From: Podarcis bocagei | Taxonomy: Eukaryota | NCBI GenBank assembly: GCA_964188305.1 | Contig: OZ076893.1 | Strand: one strand, 5' to 3' | Length of the DNA stretch: 64,000 nt | Shown here: positions 38,103-50,975 of the stretch, piece by piece | Layout of the letters: each line of letters begins with the position of its first letter | Position numbering within the stretch: position 1 is the first letter of the stretch | Program-made: the position numbers and the translations under genes | The notes under the pieces: model-generated | Database searches by the model: none | The model's input: only the letters and a program-made list of their open reading frames with translations | Told to the model about the DNA's origin: nothing

Positions 38103-38561
38103 GGCTGCATTCACACAGCAGTTTATTATAGTTTCCTCATGTTTTCCTAACTTAATTTCTGCATTACATTTGAAATTTCACATGACATAAAAGCTACTTC
38201 CAGAAATATAGCAGAATATAGTGTAAGTTTAGCATTCATTTCTGTGTAATTTTTTTAGGGAACCAAATAACACAGAAATGAACACTAAACTTAGACTCAT
38301 AGAATCATAGAGTTGGAAGGAACCCTGAGGATCATCTAGTCCAACTCCCTGCATTGCAGGAATATGCAGCTGTCCTTTAAGGGAATCAAACCTGCAACCT
38401 TGGTATTATCAGCACCACTCTCTAGCCAACTGAGCTATCCAGGCTTGTGCTATATTTCATTATATTTCTGAAAGTAGCTTTTACATCATGTGAAAGCTCA
38501 AATATAATGTGGAAATTAATACTTAGGGGGAAACGGAATAAACTGCCATACGAGTGCTTCT
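38103..38561. mobile_element. Long-armed palindromic MITE (PIF/Harbinger-like), interrupted by a SINE
   Basis: Left arm GCAGTTTATT...TTTCACATGACATAAAAGCTACTTCCAGAAATATA pairs with right arm TATATTTCTGAAAGTAGCTTTTACATCATGTGAAA...AATAAACTGC. Ends approximate. Confidence 0.7.
38297..38444 (-). mobile_element. tRNA-Ile-derived SINE with CR1 3' tail (Squam2-like)
   Basis: The minus-strand head GCCTGGATAGCTCAGTTGGCTAGAGAGTGGTGCTGATAATACCAAGGTTGCAGGTTTGATTCCC parallels tRNA-Ile(AAT); the tail ...GGTTCCTTCCAACTCTATGATTCTATGA is CR1-type. Confidence 0.85.
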
Positions 38562-38878
38562 GCAGTACTCAGGAAACCTTCATTTTCCTTTGACTCTTCT
38601 AGGCATCAGTTAGGATAGATGGTATCTCTCTGTCATTGTGTTTGGAGCTGGATAACATCAGCCAAGAGGCGAACACAGCCAGCATTTGATGGGAGTGTTA
38701 GTATGTGGTGTTAGTAGTGTGCGGTGCTTTTAGCTCTGCTTTTTTGAATAGAAAGAACAAGAGCTCGGGCAGCACTTTAAATTCCTGCCAACATCATTGC
38801 TGTGCTCCATTTGTATGGTTTGTATATGACCTGTCTACAGTGTGTGAGAGATATACATGTGGTCTGTATGTGTGTGAG

Positions 38879-38880
<2 letters not shown>

Positions 38881-38917
<37 letters not shown>
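38881..38917. repeat. (GT)n microsatellite
   Basis: Read directly from the sequence. Confidence 0.95.
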
Positions 38918-38918
<1 letters not shown>

Positions 38919-41116
38919 TGAATGCATGTGCATCCTGTGTGTATGTGTTAAGAGAGTATGGGGTGGCAACAAGCACTTTGGAGATGCCTTCTGCCAGTAT
39001 GCAGCATTTGGAGGGCTGGCCAATAACTATTATGGCCCTCAACCTTAAAAAAACAACAGGTGTTAACCACTTCTCTGACACAAGGGAACTTCATCAGCAT
39101 TTCTCTATCCCTGTCTCGTCTCTATACTACACCCAAATACCATCACTTAATACAGGTTTACCATGCTTGAGGATGGATTGATAACAACAGCACCAATATT
39201 ACAACATTTCTTGGAGGTATAAATTGTCCCATTGCACCAGCACTGCTCACCTCATACCAGCCTCAGGAACCTCAGCACATCAAATTATAGTGTCAGGCCA
39301 CTGGAGAGCTTTGGCTCAGAAAGCAATATGATAAAATGGCGGTGATTTGGCCATGTGGTGGAACTGATCCCTCACATATTCACTGCTAGCAAAGAAATCT
39401 AGGCCAATGATACACTACAAAATCTGCCTTGTCTCATTGGAGAAATGCAACTTTAGTGGAAAATTTTAGAATAATGTATTTCAGTACTTTTGCCATATTT
39501 GGTAGGAACCTATTGCACAAGCTTCTAAATAACCTTAACAAGCTGGTTGGGAAATTTTGGAGGGGAAATGGCAAGAAAGTTATTTGGGGTATTCTTTCAG
39601 CAGAACCACCAAAGGCCTGCTGTTGATGCTAAGCAATAAACCTCACACTCCCTATGTCTCAACCAGTGATCTTCCCCTAATATTACTAATTCCTCCCCAA
39701 GAATGATTAATGGCATACCTCTAACTAGTTTGCAAAGCATATAATTTGGTTCTTTGGGAATTATGGGGCTACATGCACTCATGACTCACACAATGGCATT
39801 AATGTCAGTCATGGGTAACACCACATGTCCTTGCTGAAGAGGGTGAGAGTCAGATGCTAAAATTGTGGCCAGCCGTAGGAGGGAAATTTAGTGGGAAACA
39901 AGACTTGGAACATGAAGGTCAATACCAGCAGGGATTTGCAATAAAAATCTCTGACGTCTGAACAAGAGTGGAGGGAGAAGGGATTACAATAAAGATCACA
40001 CCCTCTGCCATCTGGGGAGCAATCACCAGAAACTAGACAATCATAAATCAGTCCCCCCACAGCGCAACTGAAAATCTTCCTTTCTGAAAGCCTTTTGTTT
40101 TTAAAGGAATGAATTGGATCTAACCAGAGCCAAATAATATAATCATATGTACTAAGAACCAGATTTATCAATGACTGTTCTACTGCAGTGTTGCTTTTGT
40201 CCCAGATCTTTTAGGATAGCAGCCATTTTTTTCCAGGAGAAAGAGGGAATTTTTCCAATGCCTCCTGGGGAGAGAAACAAATATTCTGCTAAAAAAGGCA
40301 TGTGCAGTGTTGAAGTTTAAGCTGTTTAAAAGTCAGGAGCCGAGGACAGTGGCTGCTTCCAAGTGAAGGAGTTGCACTCATGTCCATCTTGCAGGCTTCC
40401 CACAGGCATCTGGTTGGCCATAATGAGAACAGATGCTGAACTAGACGGGCCATTGACTTGATCCTGCAGACTGTTCTTCTGTTCTTCAGCAGCCTTTTCC
40501 TCAATATGCATGAGCTGTAGGATGCAGCTTACATTTTAAGATAGGAGATCTAAGCTTCTTTCCAGGCTATAGTCAATTGAAACTATTAACCTTTCAACCT
40601 GTTGTTCTCCCTGTGCATATCACAAGGGATCAATGCTGAGAACAGATTTAAGGGGGAAGCCCTGTCCCTGGACTCTTTACATTTCTGTCTCTTCATCTGA
40701 CATCCAACCCATATTTTCACCTTTCCTTTGAGAATACTAATCTAACATTAGCAATAAAGTCAAGTACAACTGTATGGTGCCAAACAGTGAAATCCATCAT
40801 CCACCACATTCTTCTTGTACACTAGGGTACTGGCTTTCATTCCAATCAATCCTGGTGCTTTTTGAAAGACCTCAGAGGTGTTGAAATAGCAAGGTCAAGT
40901 CATACCAAATGTTGCATTAGGATGGTATTTCAACACTTTGTACCTCATAAGCCTGTAATTTTGACATTTTCTTGCAGTCACTAGAGTCTTTCAAGATGAA
41001 CTATAATGAACTGCGCCTTGCTGAACACATTCACATACAGAAAATACTATGTATTTAAAAACAAATATGTGTTTAGACAAAGTTGCTAGTCTTTTTCTTT
41101 TTAAAAAACAGACTCA

Positions 41117-41468
41117 GGGCCTCTCCAGATGGCCTTTTTATTGTGCATTCATAATTATTTGTGCTTATGATGCTATAGGGGCACCCATATGTGATTTCGC
41201 TTTCTATATTGCAAAAATTTCAGGGTAATCCTTTCCAAAAGTACGTAACGTGTAACTTCCTGCTGAAATTCTGTCACTTTCCATACCACAAATGTTCCGT
41301 TTTTTGTTGTGCTATAGCCCTACTGGACAGCAATGATGTGGGAGCATTAGGGAATCACTACAGAACAGCCGAAAAAATCCACCAGTAATGCACTATTACT
41401 TAGTTATTTTGTTAAGATAATATGTTGCAGAATATACCTGCAATAAAACACCAGTCTGGATTGGCCCC
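41117..41468. mobile_element. PIF/Harbinger-like MITE
   Basis: Ends GGGCCTCTCCAGATGG / CCAGTCTGGATTGGCCCC, flanked by TCA and TTA 3-bp sites. Confidence 0.6.
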
Positions 41469-41612
41469 TTAAGAACAGCTTTCTTAAACTGGTCACAAGA
41501 CAAATGAATATGGTGTCAGATATGTGTGGACTGTTTTTTATTTTCTATAGCAGCTAAAGTTTTTTATTTGCTTCAGTTCACACATAGTATGCTGATGTTT
41601 CCAATTGAGGTA

Positions 41613-41854
41613 CAGTGGTACCTCAGGTTACATACACTTCAGGTTACATATGCTTCAGGTTACAGACACTGCTAATCCAGAAATAGTGCTTCAGGTTAAG
41701 AACTTTGCTTCAGGATGAGAACAGAAGTCATGCTCCGGTGGCACAGCAGCAGCGGGAGGCCCCATTAGCTAAAGTGGTGCTTCAGGTTAAGAACAGTTTC
41801 AGGTTAAGAACGGACCTCCGGAACGAATTAAGTACTTAACCGGAGGTACCACTG
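41613..41854. mobile_element. Tigger/pogo-like MITE, family A
   Basis: CAGTGGTACCTC...GAGGTACCACTG with TA TSD; homologous to 1332-1567. Confidence 0.92.
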
Positions 41855-42457
41855 TACATTATTTTTTTCATGGCTCCTCCTTGCCTTGTGGGCTAAATTG
41901 TTGAGAGAAATATTCAGAATGGAATGGATTTTGGGACCTACCTGTTGGTGCAGCACTTAGAATGGATTTGTAATACCACACATAGAATTTGGTCCAACAT
42001 GCAGTCGGTTTTGGCATAGGATGTGACTGGCAAATTTAAGAAGGTTCAGGCTATTCGTTTCTGAGGAATTCTGGGAGCTGAATGCATGCCTGCCCTTTAA
42101 TCTAGGTTTTATAGCAGGGAAGTTGCAGAATGCACCCTAAAATGGGAATGTAGTTGTCATGTCTTAGATCAGGGGTAGCCACTTGGTGCCCTCCAGATGT
42201 TGTAACTCCTGGCAGTCCCATTCAGCTTGGCCAATGGCCAGGCATGATGGGAGTTTAAGTCTAACATCTGGAGGACACCGTGATAGCTATCCCTGTCTTT
42301 TGGTCAATACTGATCCCACTCCCCCCTGTTCTTTTGCACCTATTGCAAAGGTTTGCAATCTCACTGCAAACACCGGAGTGCAAGTCTGTTGAATCCTTTT
42401 TTACATTCATGGTGAAAGATTCCAATGACCGCTTTACTGCGGGCATATCAAAATTCA

Positions 42458-42669
42458 GGGCTCATCAACACTTCTGTTTGTCCTGTGCCTTGCACTTTCC
42501 AGGCACGGATCTCAACTGTTTTCCACATGTCTCACTCCTTTCCCAGGGAAAACCTGCCTTTTAGTGCTAAATTGGGGCAAATGTAAATCTGGAGAAAACC
42601 TGAATGCTCCAACTAAAGAGCAGTTTTCCTGAGGAAAAGCAGTGCGACAAAGGAAGTGTGAACGAGCCC
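42458..42669. mobile_element. PIF/Harbinger-like MITE
   Basis: Ends GGGCTCATCAACACTTC / GAAGTGTGAACGAGCCC, flanked by TCA and TTA. Confidence 0.65.
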
Positions 42670-45600
42670 TTAGCCTGGTGAAAAAATTTGGGACATGGAT
42701 AAAAGTAATTGCTGAAGGGTTTTTTTTTTTGCTCAAGGGCTGTGTTAACTAACACTCTCTTTGGAATCTTCCTTCACTTGGATGTTAGTTTCTGTTTTAG
42801 TCCCTTCTGTTATGTTGTCTCCAAATTGTGACTCACACACAAGGATCATACCAACAATCACTTTAAGAGGAAGGCTGTGAAAGAGTCTTTCGGGAAACCA
42901 TTCATGCACTTCTTCAGGAGGTTAGCAAAAGTATCTATAGAATGAGCTGAGTTGTTGATTTAGCTGAGACCAGATTTGACATAGCCATGCTACTTTCCAG
43001 GATAATTTTAGCAGCTCATTTTGGTAAGCTTTCAGAAATGTAATATTGTTCTGGCAGACCAGAAATGTCTCCTGCACAAGTCCCCAATGGAAACGAAGGG
43101 GTATTGCACAAGAGCAAACTTTATTCTTAGCACACTATTATACAGTTATATGTCCGTTATTAGCCCTATGTTAATAGGTTCTGTATAGCCGGGATGGTGT
43201 GTCCTGTTTCACTGCTTGAGGTGAAATGGGGAGTGCTACTTTGCCCTGCTGCCACTGCTGCTCCTGGCATAACCTATCTGCTCCTGCTCCTGCTATCTGC
43301 TCTGTTGCCACCATGTGCCCTGCTCCATCCTCCACTGGTGGAGAAGCACCACCACCACCGGTGCCAATTTTGGGCAAGATCACACCAATTTTTGGTGTGA
43401 TCTTGCCCCAAATCATGTGAGATCACCCCCCAAATGGCCACAAAATCAATACCAATGGCAGGTGGTGGACATGGCAGGGCAGGCAGGGCATCTATGGGCA
43501 TGCTGCCATGGGGGTTTCTGCCGCCTGAAGCAGCAGCCTCACCTGCCTCATGGCTGGTACAGCACATAATACATTACCAGCTTTATAGACATGATTAATA
43601 TATTATAATAGTATATGACACCTAGAGTAATGATACTCCTGAATGTTCAGTTCTTAAAGGCACCTAAACTTTCCTCATCAGAACATCAGAACATCCTTTG
43701 TGTGAAAAGGATTTTCAAATCTGACAAAGAATTCACCACTGCCTGCAGATTAAACAAGTCTGGAAATTGATAAATGCTCAACATTGCAAACTGGGCAAAT
43801 GTGAATGGTTCTTAATGGGCAAAGCAATTAGATTTTACAGAATAAGAGAGAACAATCAAAAAGGTGAAGGCTTTGCGTTTCAGAGCAATGGACCTTTGAG
43901 AACCACACACATTCTTTGCATGTTATCTGAATTATGTTCATCCTGTTGTGTTAAAGAAGAGGCACACACCCCGCCAGTATCTTGAGCTTGATGTAGACAT
44001 GACCTTTGACCTGGAAGTCACTCTTTCTTAATTTCTTCCTGCGATGGACTAAGAACGCCACATATACATCAGTGGAGGAATGACTATAAGGATTAAGAAT
44101 CCCTGCAGAGCCCTGGAGCTCATGGGGTAACCTTGAGCCAGTCACAGTCCCTCAGTCTCACTTACTTCACATGAAGATTGTGAGAATAAAATGGGATAAC
44201 CCCCATGTGTACCACGCTGTATACCTTGGAGATGCTACAGAAATCTGATAAACAAAACATATCAAATTAACTCTTTGAGGGTGGCCAATAAATTTTTTCA
44301 ACAATTTCTTCTGGGAGCATTAAAGTGTTTTGTGCCATCTGCTCTTTGAGAAAGGGAAGGAGGGAGAAAACTCTTAGCAATGGGTCTGGTGGCTCCTTGT
44401 CTCAGGCAATGATGCTGAGAAAGCACAAATGAGCCGCAGTGGTGAACTCATGCAAATGCAATGCCCCTCAAGGCCACAGGAATTGTGGAAAGATTTGTGT
44501 AAATATCTCATGCATTCTTGTGCTGTAAGGTTTATGGAAATGAAAACCACAGTTGAAAAGCCAATGCCACATCCATTCCCCCTCCTCATTGCCTTTTTAA
44601 AAAAATGACTAGAATAAGTTCACAGAAGATGTGATGAGTAGTCAAGAAAATAAGTTGTTCTTATTTCAGTACCAGGGAGGTAAAAACAGAATGGAGTTTG
44701 CCATACATGAGGCAGGACAGGATGTGAGAGTGTGGAAGGAGGAGGCCATTTTGTATGTGTTGAATGAACTTCTGCCGAAGGCATGGAAAGAAAAATCTGG
44801 GCCACACACACACAAAGTGGAAAAGTTGTTTGAATGTGGATCACATGTATATGTCATTGAACCTAAAGTAGGGCTAGTCCAAGACATATTCCTGCTTTAG
44901 GCAGAGCAGCAAGTGGTGTCCATTCCCTGAATCTCTCACCCCTCAAGTGAAGGTTCATAGTACTCATGACTGGTCAAGTTACTTTGGTGCCTGAGGCATA
45001 AAATTCTACAAGGGCCTCTCCTAGCAGTAAGATATACAATAGTAATACATTAAATAACAAGTGGCTGCCCTTCCATGATAGAATTAGTGGTTGAGGTGAC
45101 CACTCCACACTGCTTAATAATAGGGTTTAGCTCAGCATGAACCTATAAATGTCTCCTAAGAAGAAAGTACCATTGAATTCAATGGGGCTTATTCCATGGA
45201 AAGTGGGTAAACGTTTGCAGTCATATTTTGGATAGAGTAGCCACTATTTTGTTCTTTGCTTTGCGTTGGCTAAACAAGGCCAGTAGTGTGACTGGTTGAG
45301 GACACATGGGACTAAGGGTAGATAAAATTGCAGGTATTTCTCTACGATGGGGTGCTGCCCAGATAAACAGGCCCAGAGTTCTGTAACAAATGGCAGTTAT
45401 GGCAAACCCAGGACCTTGGGCAAGTCTGTCTTGCAGCAGTCAATCAATGGTACTGCACCTGAAGCAGGAAATACAAGTTTTAGTGGTGTCTTGGAGCAAC
45501 TGACATTCCCTTCTAGTCTGAGCTAGGTAGTCAAGGTGGAAGTAGACAGTTTGGACTACAGCTACAACTGATGCTATATATCTGAGTTCAATGGCTGTTT

Positions 45601-46828
45601 TTGAATGACATAATTTAAAGGTGCTTCAAATGTATTTCGAAATCTACAAAGCTGCTCAGACAAAAAATCTAGGAAGGTCATCAGCAGTGAGTTGCATTCT
45701 TTGTGGTATGAAGCAACTGCAGCAGACACTCTTTCATTGACCTCAGTTACATCACCTGGTTGTGCAACAACTCTGATTAAACCAGAATAAGGTTGAGAGC
45801 TCAATATAAGTATGGTCAATCCAGTGTCCACAGTGCGAGAAATGAAACAAAAGTTGTTCAAAGAACTCATTGGCAGTTTCTATGGCAAATATACTCCAGG
45901 GTCTGCTTATCTTCTCTGAACGTCCCTCACCTGTTTGTTCTTCTGTGTCTGAATTTGGTATGAGGGTGGTCCACTTATGCATCAACAAGAAAGAAGATAC
46001 CACCATGAAAGATCTGCATAGAATTTGCATATGCTAATTTATATGTACAGATGCCATTATATAAATTAATGATGGTTCCCCATCTGGGATTTTTAGCACT
46101 TCTCAGTCTGGATGAAATGCCTTGCTATTTTCCCTCCCTACTATGTGCTTTTCGAAAAGTGAACTTGCAAGGATTTTTTTCTTAAATAAACCCCTTCTTT
46201 ATTTGAGAATTTGCTATCAACTCTCAAATGCACACGTTCCTTTCCCCTTCTCCCCTGCGCTCATCAGTTTCTCTGAAGGAAGCAGATCTCTCCTGACCCT
46301 CCTGGAATGCTCTGTGCTTATTTTATCTCTGAAAACAAAGCAAATTTTGTAGTGTTTTGTTCTATTTCCTATGTGATAGAATCCTTTGTTTTCATCTGCA
46401 ACCTCTGCAGCTTCCAATATTTTACTTTATTTTTCACTCCTAGCAGCTTGTCGAGACACCAGGTTCAATAGTCTGCCACCAGGCCCTGCCTCAAGGTCGA
46501 GGATTCCCTCCTTTTCCTTCCCAGTATTGTCCTGCATCCTGGAGGGCCCTTCTTCATACAGTGCAATGGCTGCTGTGACAATAAGGACTGGCACCAGGCA
46601 CACTTGCTGCCACGGTATCGGTGGCTGAGTGCATGCCAAACTCCAGTGACAATAGCATGACTTCAGATCCTTTATTAGGAAAGGAAAGGCCTAAATGGGA
46701 GGGTCCACTTAGGAGCACACAGTGCCACCTTGGTTCTGCCTAGTGCATTGTTCTTTTCAGCCTACAGTGGAAACTCCCTCCTTCTAAGCTTGTAGAGTTT
46801 AGAGACATAGATATATAAGCTTGCAAAG

Positions 46829-46831
<3 letters not shown>

Positions 46832-46879
<48 letters not shown>

Positions 46880-47388
46880 CTTTCTGTTGGGCCCCTTAAC
46901 TCATTCTTGCATTCATGGGTAGTCTAATACACCTGCACATTTATTGAGAAACACTTTGGATCTAAGAAGTGGATTTGTTGACAAGGATACAGAAGGTCTA
47001 GAGCTTAAATCTGCCATTGCAGCAAAACTGCCATTTGGTGTCAGGCGAATCACTTACGGAAGGGATGGAGAAAAGGTAGACCAGAATCTTCTGGCGATAA
47101 TGGAAGTAGATGACCAAAATGTTCTGACTCTCGGTTGTTTAACAACAATAAAAAATACCCCCAAAATGATACTGTTGCAGCAAAGAAAGCTGTGTGTGGT
47201 TATTGCATGTGTTTAAGCTGAGGTGGCTTTTTGTGTCGAAGACTGTAAGCTCAGTACAGTTTTGGGAGTTTCTGGGCTCAGAATTTTAAAATTCCAAGTA
47301 TGTTTCCTTTAGAAATACTGTAGTATTTATTGAAATTTTCCAATACAAAGAAGAAAAACAGACATTGTTGGCTGCCTTCTATGGTAAG

Positions 47389-47438
<50 letters not shown>

Positions 47439-47532
47439 TTGTAAATCTGTCTGTGCTTCTACCCAAAGCTTAAATACATGACCTTTCACACAGCCTTTCA
47501 AACACATGCATTTGGAGAGGATCCCTAACTTG

Positions 47533-47583
<51 letters not shown>
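46832..47583. repeat. Microsatellite cluster: (AC)n 46832-46878, (CA)n 47390-47437, (AG)n 47537-47583
   Basis: Read directly from the sequence. Confidence 0.95.
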
Positions 47584-47586
<3 letters not shown>

Positions 47587-49444
47587 CCTGAAATACAGGA
47601 CAAAACTGTACCAATACAGGACATAGCATTTTACATTGAAATGCGGGACAATCCTGCATTATGCATGATAGCTGGCAACACTAGGCAGCCCCTGTCTTGT
47701 GGAATATATTGACTACAGAGCTTTTCTTTTGTCCAAGCCTTCTTGCCTTGGACAGAGAATGCAGATGTTTATTTATGAAGGTTTTTGAAGTAATGTTTCA
47801 AATGTTGAGGTGATGTTAGGGTTAGTTGTTTTTTAAACCATGGCTTTTAGCTTGATGTACTTAAGTGCATTTCTGCTGAACAACCAACTAACCTGCATTG
47901 TTATTTATTATTATTGTAATCCATGAAATGCCAGTAAAACAATGCATGCCACTTTGAACAGATGCAGCCGCGATGGAGAACCTGCAGCGTTCTAGAAATT
48001 ACTGGACTACAGTTCCCACAATCCATGACCATTGGCCATGCTGGCTGGGGCTGATGGAAGCTGGAGTCCAATTACATTTGGAGAACAAGTTTTCCATCCC
48101 GGCACTTTAGGCAAGTCAGTATATTAGCAGTTATGGAGATAATTTTGGAAGGCACACTAGGTGAAGTGTATATTTAGAACAGATAATTATAGTTCAATGA
48201 ATCATTACGTGCCTTGTCTAAAGTCAATGTGGAAATAGGGACAAGCAGTTCCGCGTCTCCCTGAATTTAGGGCCGATGAACGTTAGCGGAGTAGCAGTAA
48301 ATCTATCACTTTTAAAGCTTGCCTCCGCTGATGGGTTTTGCCTTCCTGTCACAAGGAAGCTGTATCACTGTGAGGCATTTGAGAATGCTTTCATGTCATG
48401 TTTGCATGCAGTTACCATGCGATACAGTGTCCCATGAATTGGCGGTAATATAGCTGTCACACAGAGCTATAATCATTTTGCGCAAAATGGCTGATAGCTC
48501 CTAAAAGGTAAGCGGGGTGGAGCTGGGGAGACCCTGGCTCTTCTCAGCTGCTGATTTATCCCACCACTTCTATCCCCCACAGCTGGACCTGTGTCTGTGT
48601 ATTAGTAAGCAATGGCCAGTTCCCATTTCTCATGGTATATATATGTTTACAGTTGTAATGGCTTGATTTATAGTGTATGATCTATTGGTCCCCACAGAGC
48701 TTTTCCTAAGCCTAGGTTCTGGTGTGTGTGTGTGAGAGAGAAATATCTGTGTTCCTTTTCCACAGACTTTCCCAGTGTGAAGTGTAAACAGTGAGTGTTA
48801 GGGAAGTAAACAGCTTACACTCTACCCACCCAAGCTGCTTCACATGAATATGTGGATCCCAAGGATTATCACACTCTGGGAATATGAACATCAACTTAAG
48901 TGTGTGTGAGAGAGGGTGGGGGGTGGGGGTCAGTGTGGTTCAGGAGATAGAATGGAAGCTTCTGACCCAGTTTTGAAACTTGCTTCAGATCACAGACTCC
49001 CTTGGTATCCCTGGGCAAGCAATTATCTTTCATCCTTCACTCCACAACTCTAAAAAGGGAATAACACCAGGAGGGTCTGGGAGGTAAAGGCTGCAAGTCT
49101 CTTTAAAAATGTCCTATTAATTGTTTTAAAAGCAGAGACGGTGTGATGAAGTGGTTAGCATGTCAGACTAGGACCAGGGAGGCCATGTTTGAAATCCCCA
49201 TTGAGTCATGAAGCTCACTGGGTGACTTAGGGCCATTTAATGCCTCTCAGGCTAACCCCCCTCACAGGGTTGTTGTGGGTATTAAATGAGGAGGTGGGGA
49301 ACCATGTGCATCACCTTCAGCTCCTTGGAGAAAAAAGGTGGGATACAAATGATGTTTTAATTTGCTGGAAGGTGCCCAGGCAACCCAGTCAGATGGGTGG
49401 CATATAAATAAATCGTTATTGTTGTTGCTGTTGTTGTAAGTAGA

Positions 49445-49478
<34 letters not shown>

Positions 49479-49493
49479 CCGGTAAGTAAGTAA
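49445..49493. repeat. (TAAG)n tetranucleotide repeat
   Basis: Read directly; follows an L2-type 3' end at ~49350-49440. Confidence 0.9.
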
Positions 49494-49787
49494 AAAATAA
49501 ATAGTTATGTATTTATTCTAAGAAGTAAATCTGCCATCATCATTTAAATATACTGGCTTCTCAGTTTTCTTAAGCTGTTTGACAGCCAAACTAGAAACTG
49601 CATTAGGGCATATAGTAGCTGCCACCAAAAAAGGCAGCTGTATGTTTGATTTCCTTCCTTCTTTGTAATCTCTAGTGCAAAGCTCACATATCCTGATCCT
49701 CAGGCCAGCAGTAGCTGACAGTGTCAAGTGGAGGCAGTGAAATACAGTATATTATGACATCAGGGCATGGATAAACTTTAGTATGTA

Positions 49788-50038
49788 CAGTGGTACCTTG
49801 GTTCTTGAACATAATCCATTCCGAGAGTCTGTTCGACTCCCAAAACCATTCGAAAACCAGGGCACGGCTTCTGATTGGCTGCAGGAGCTTCCTGCACTCA
49901 ATCAGAGGCCACTTAAGCTGCATCAGATGTTCGGCTTCCGAAAAACGTTTGCAAACCAGAACGCTTACTTCTGGGTTTGTGGAGTTCAGGAGCTGATTTG
50001 GTTGACAACTAAGCCATTCGGGAACCAAGGTACTACTG
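49788..50038. mobile_element. Tigger/pogo-like MITE, family B
   Basis: TIR CAGTGGTACCTTGGTTC / GAACCAAGGTACTACTG; TA TSD; interior unrelated to family A. Confidence 0.88.
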
Positions 50039-50351
50039 TATATTGGATGAAAACAGGCATTTTCCCTTTTCTTTTTGCAGTTGTGTGTTTATTGTAATGT
50101 CTTGCTTGGATCTAGTTTACCATTTTCATTCAGGCTCTCATTGTTCCAGTTTCCTTCTTTCTCTCAATATGCAGTGCTTTCCCCCCTAAAAAAATTTTCC
50201 TACTCTCATTTTCCTACTCATATTGAAATACTGCCCCTCAATGAGGCCAAATCTAGATTCACAAAATGTTTAGGGGTGTGCGTACCCCTGCATCCCCCCA
50301 GAAAAAAGCACTGTCAATATGTATCCATTTCCTTCTCTCCATACATCAGTA

Positions 50352-50536
50352 AGGGCCATAGCTCAATGGCAGAGCATCTGCTTTGCATACAGAAGGTCCC
50401 AGGTTCAATCCCTGGCATCTCCAGCTAGGACTGGGAGAGATCTCAGTCTAAAATTCTGGAGAGCCACACCCAGTCAATGCAGACAAGACTGTGTTAGATG
50501 GACTAATGGACTATTTTGGTATAAGGCAGCTTCCCA
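50352..50536 (+). mobile_element. tRNA(Ala/Cys-like)-derived SINE
   Basis: A/B-box head GGGCCATAGCTCAATGGCAGAGCATCTGCTTTGCATACAGAAGGTCCCAGGTTCAATCCCTGGCATCTCCA, then a non-tRNA body ending TATAAGGCAGCTTCC. Confidence 0.8.
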
Positions 50537-50768
50537 AGGATGGGGAAGTATATAATGAAATGTGCAAATAAATTATAATTTGCCTAGCCAATTTTTAACA
50601 ACTCTTGTCAATTAAAGCTTAACCCATACAAATGCTGGCAAAGTAGAATGGGTGGGTATATATGATGCTCTTAACTTCTTGCATAACACAAATAATAGCA
50701 AACACAAAAAGTCTGCATTCCTGAAAGAAACTCCTGATTGTGGGACAGCCACCAATAACAGCTCTATA

Positions 50769-50975
50769 TGGTAAGGTAAAGGACCCCTGGATGGTTAAGT
50801 CCAGTCAAAGGTGACTGTGGGGTGTGGCTCTCATCTCGCTTCAGGCCAAGGGAGCTGGTGTTTGCCCACAGACAGCTTTCTGGGTCATGTGGCCAGCATG
50901 ACTAAACAGCTTCTGGTGCAACAGGACACCGTGACGAGTGCCAGAGTGCATGGAAACACCGTTTATCTTCCCGAC
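50769..50975 (-). mobile_element. 5'-truncated older Sauria SINE
   Basis: GGTAAGGTAAAGGACCCCTG...CTCATCTCGCT...GGGTCATGTGGCCAGCATGAC...GGAAACACCGTTTA, homologous to the 3' half of 17169-17536. Confidence 0.85.

Noticed and set aside
37584-38131. Overlapping ORFs on both strands
   Set aside because: They derive from the GC-rich hAT at 37595-37924.
46944-47216. ORF containing LPFGVRRITYGRDG, reminiscent of a doublecortin (RP1-like) domain
   Set aside because: Only ~7 residues match, the other DCX motifs are missing, and there are no convincing + strand splice sites. A Pfam DCX search would settle it.
50352-50423. tRNA gene
   Set aside because: The stems are imperfect and the sequence continues into a repeated SINE body, so it is a SINE head. 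The same applies to ~38370-38444.
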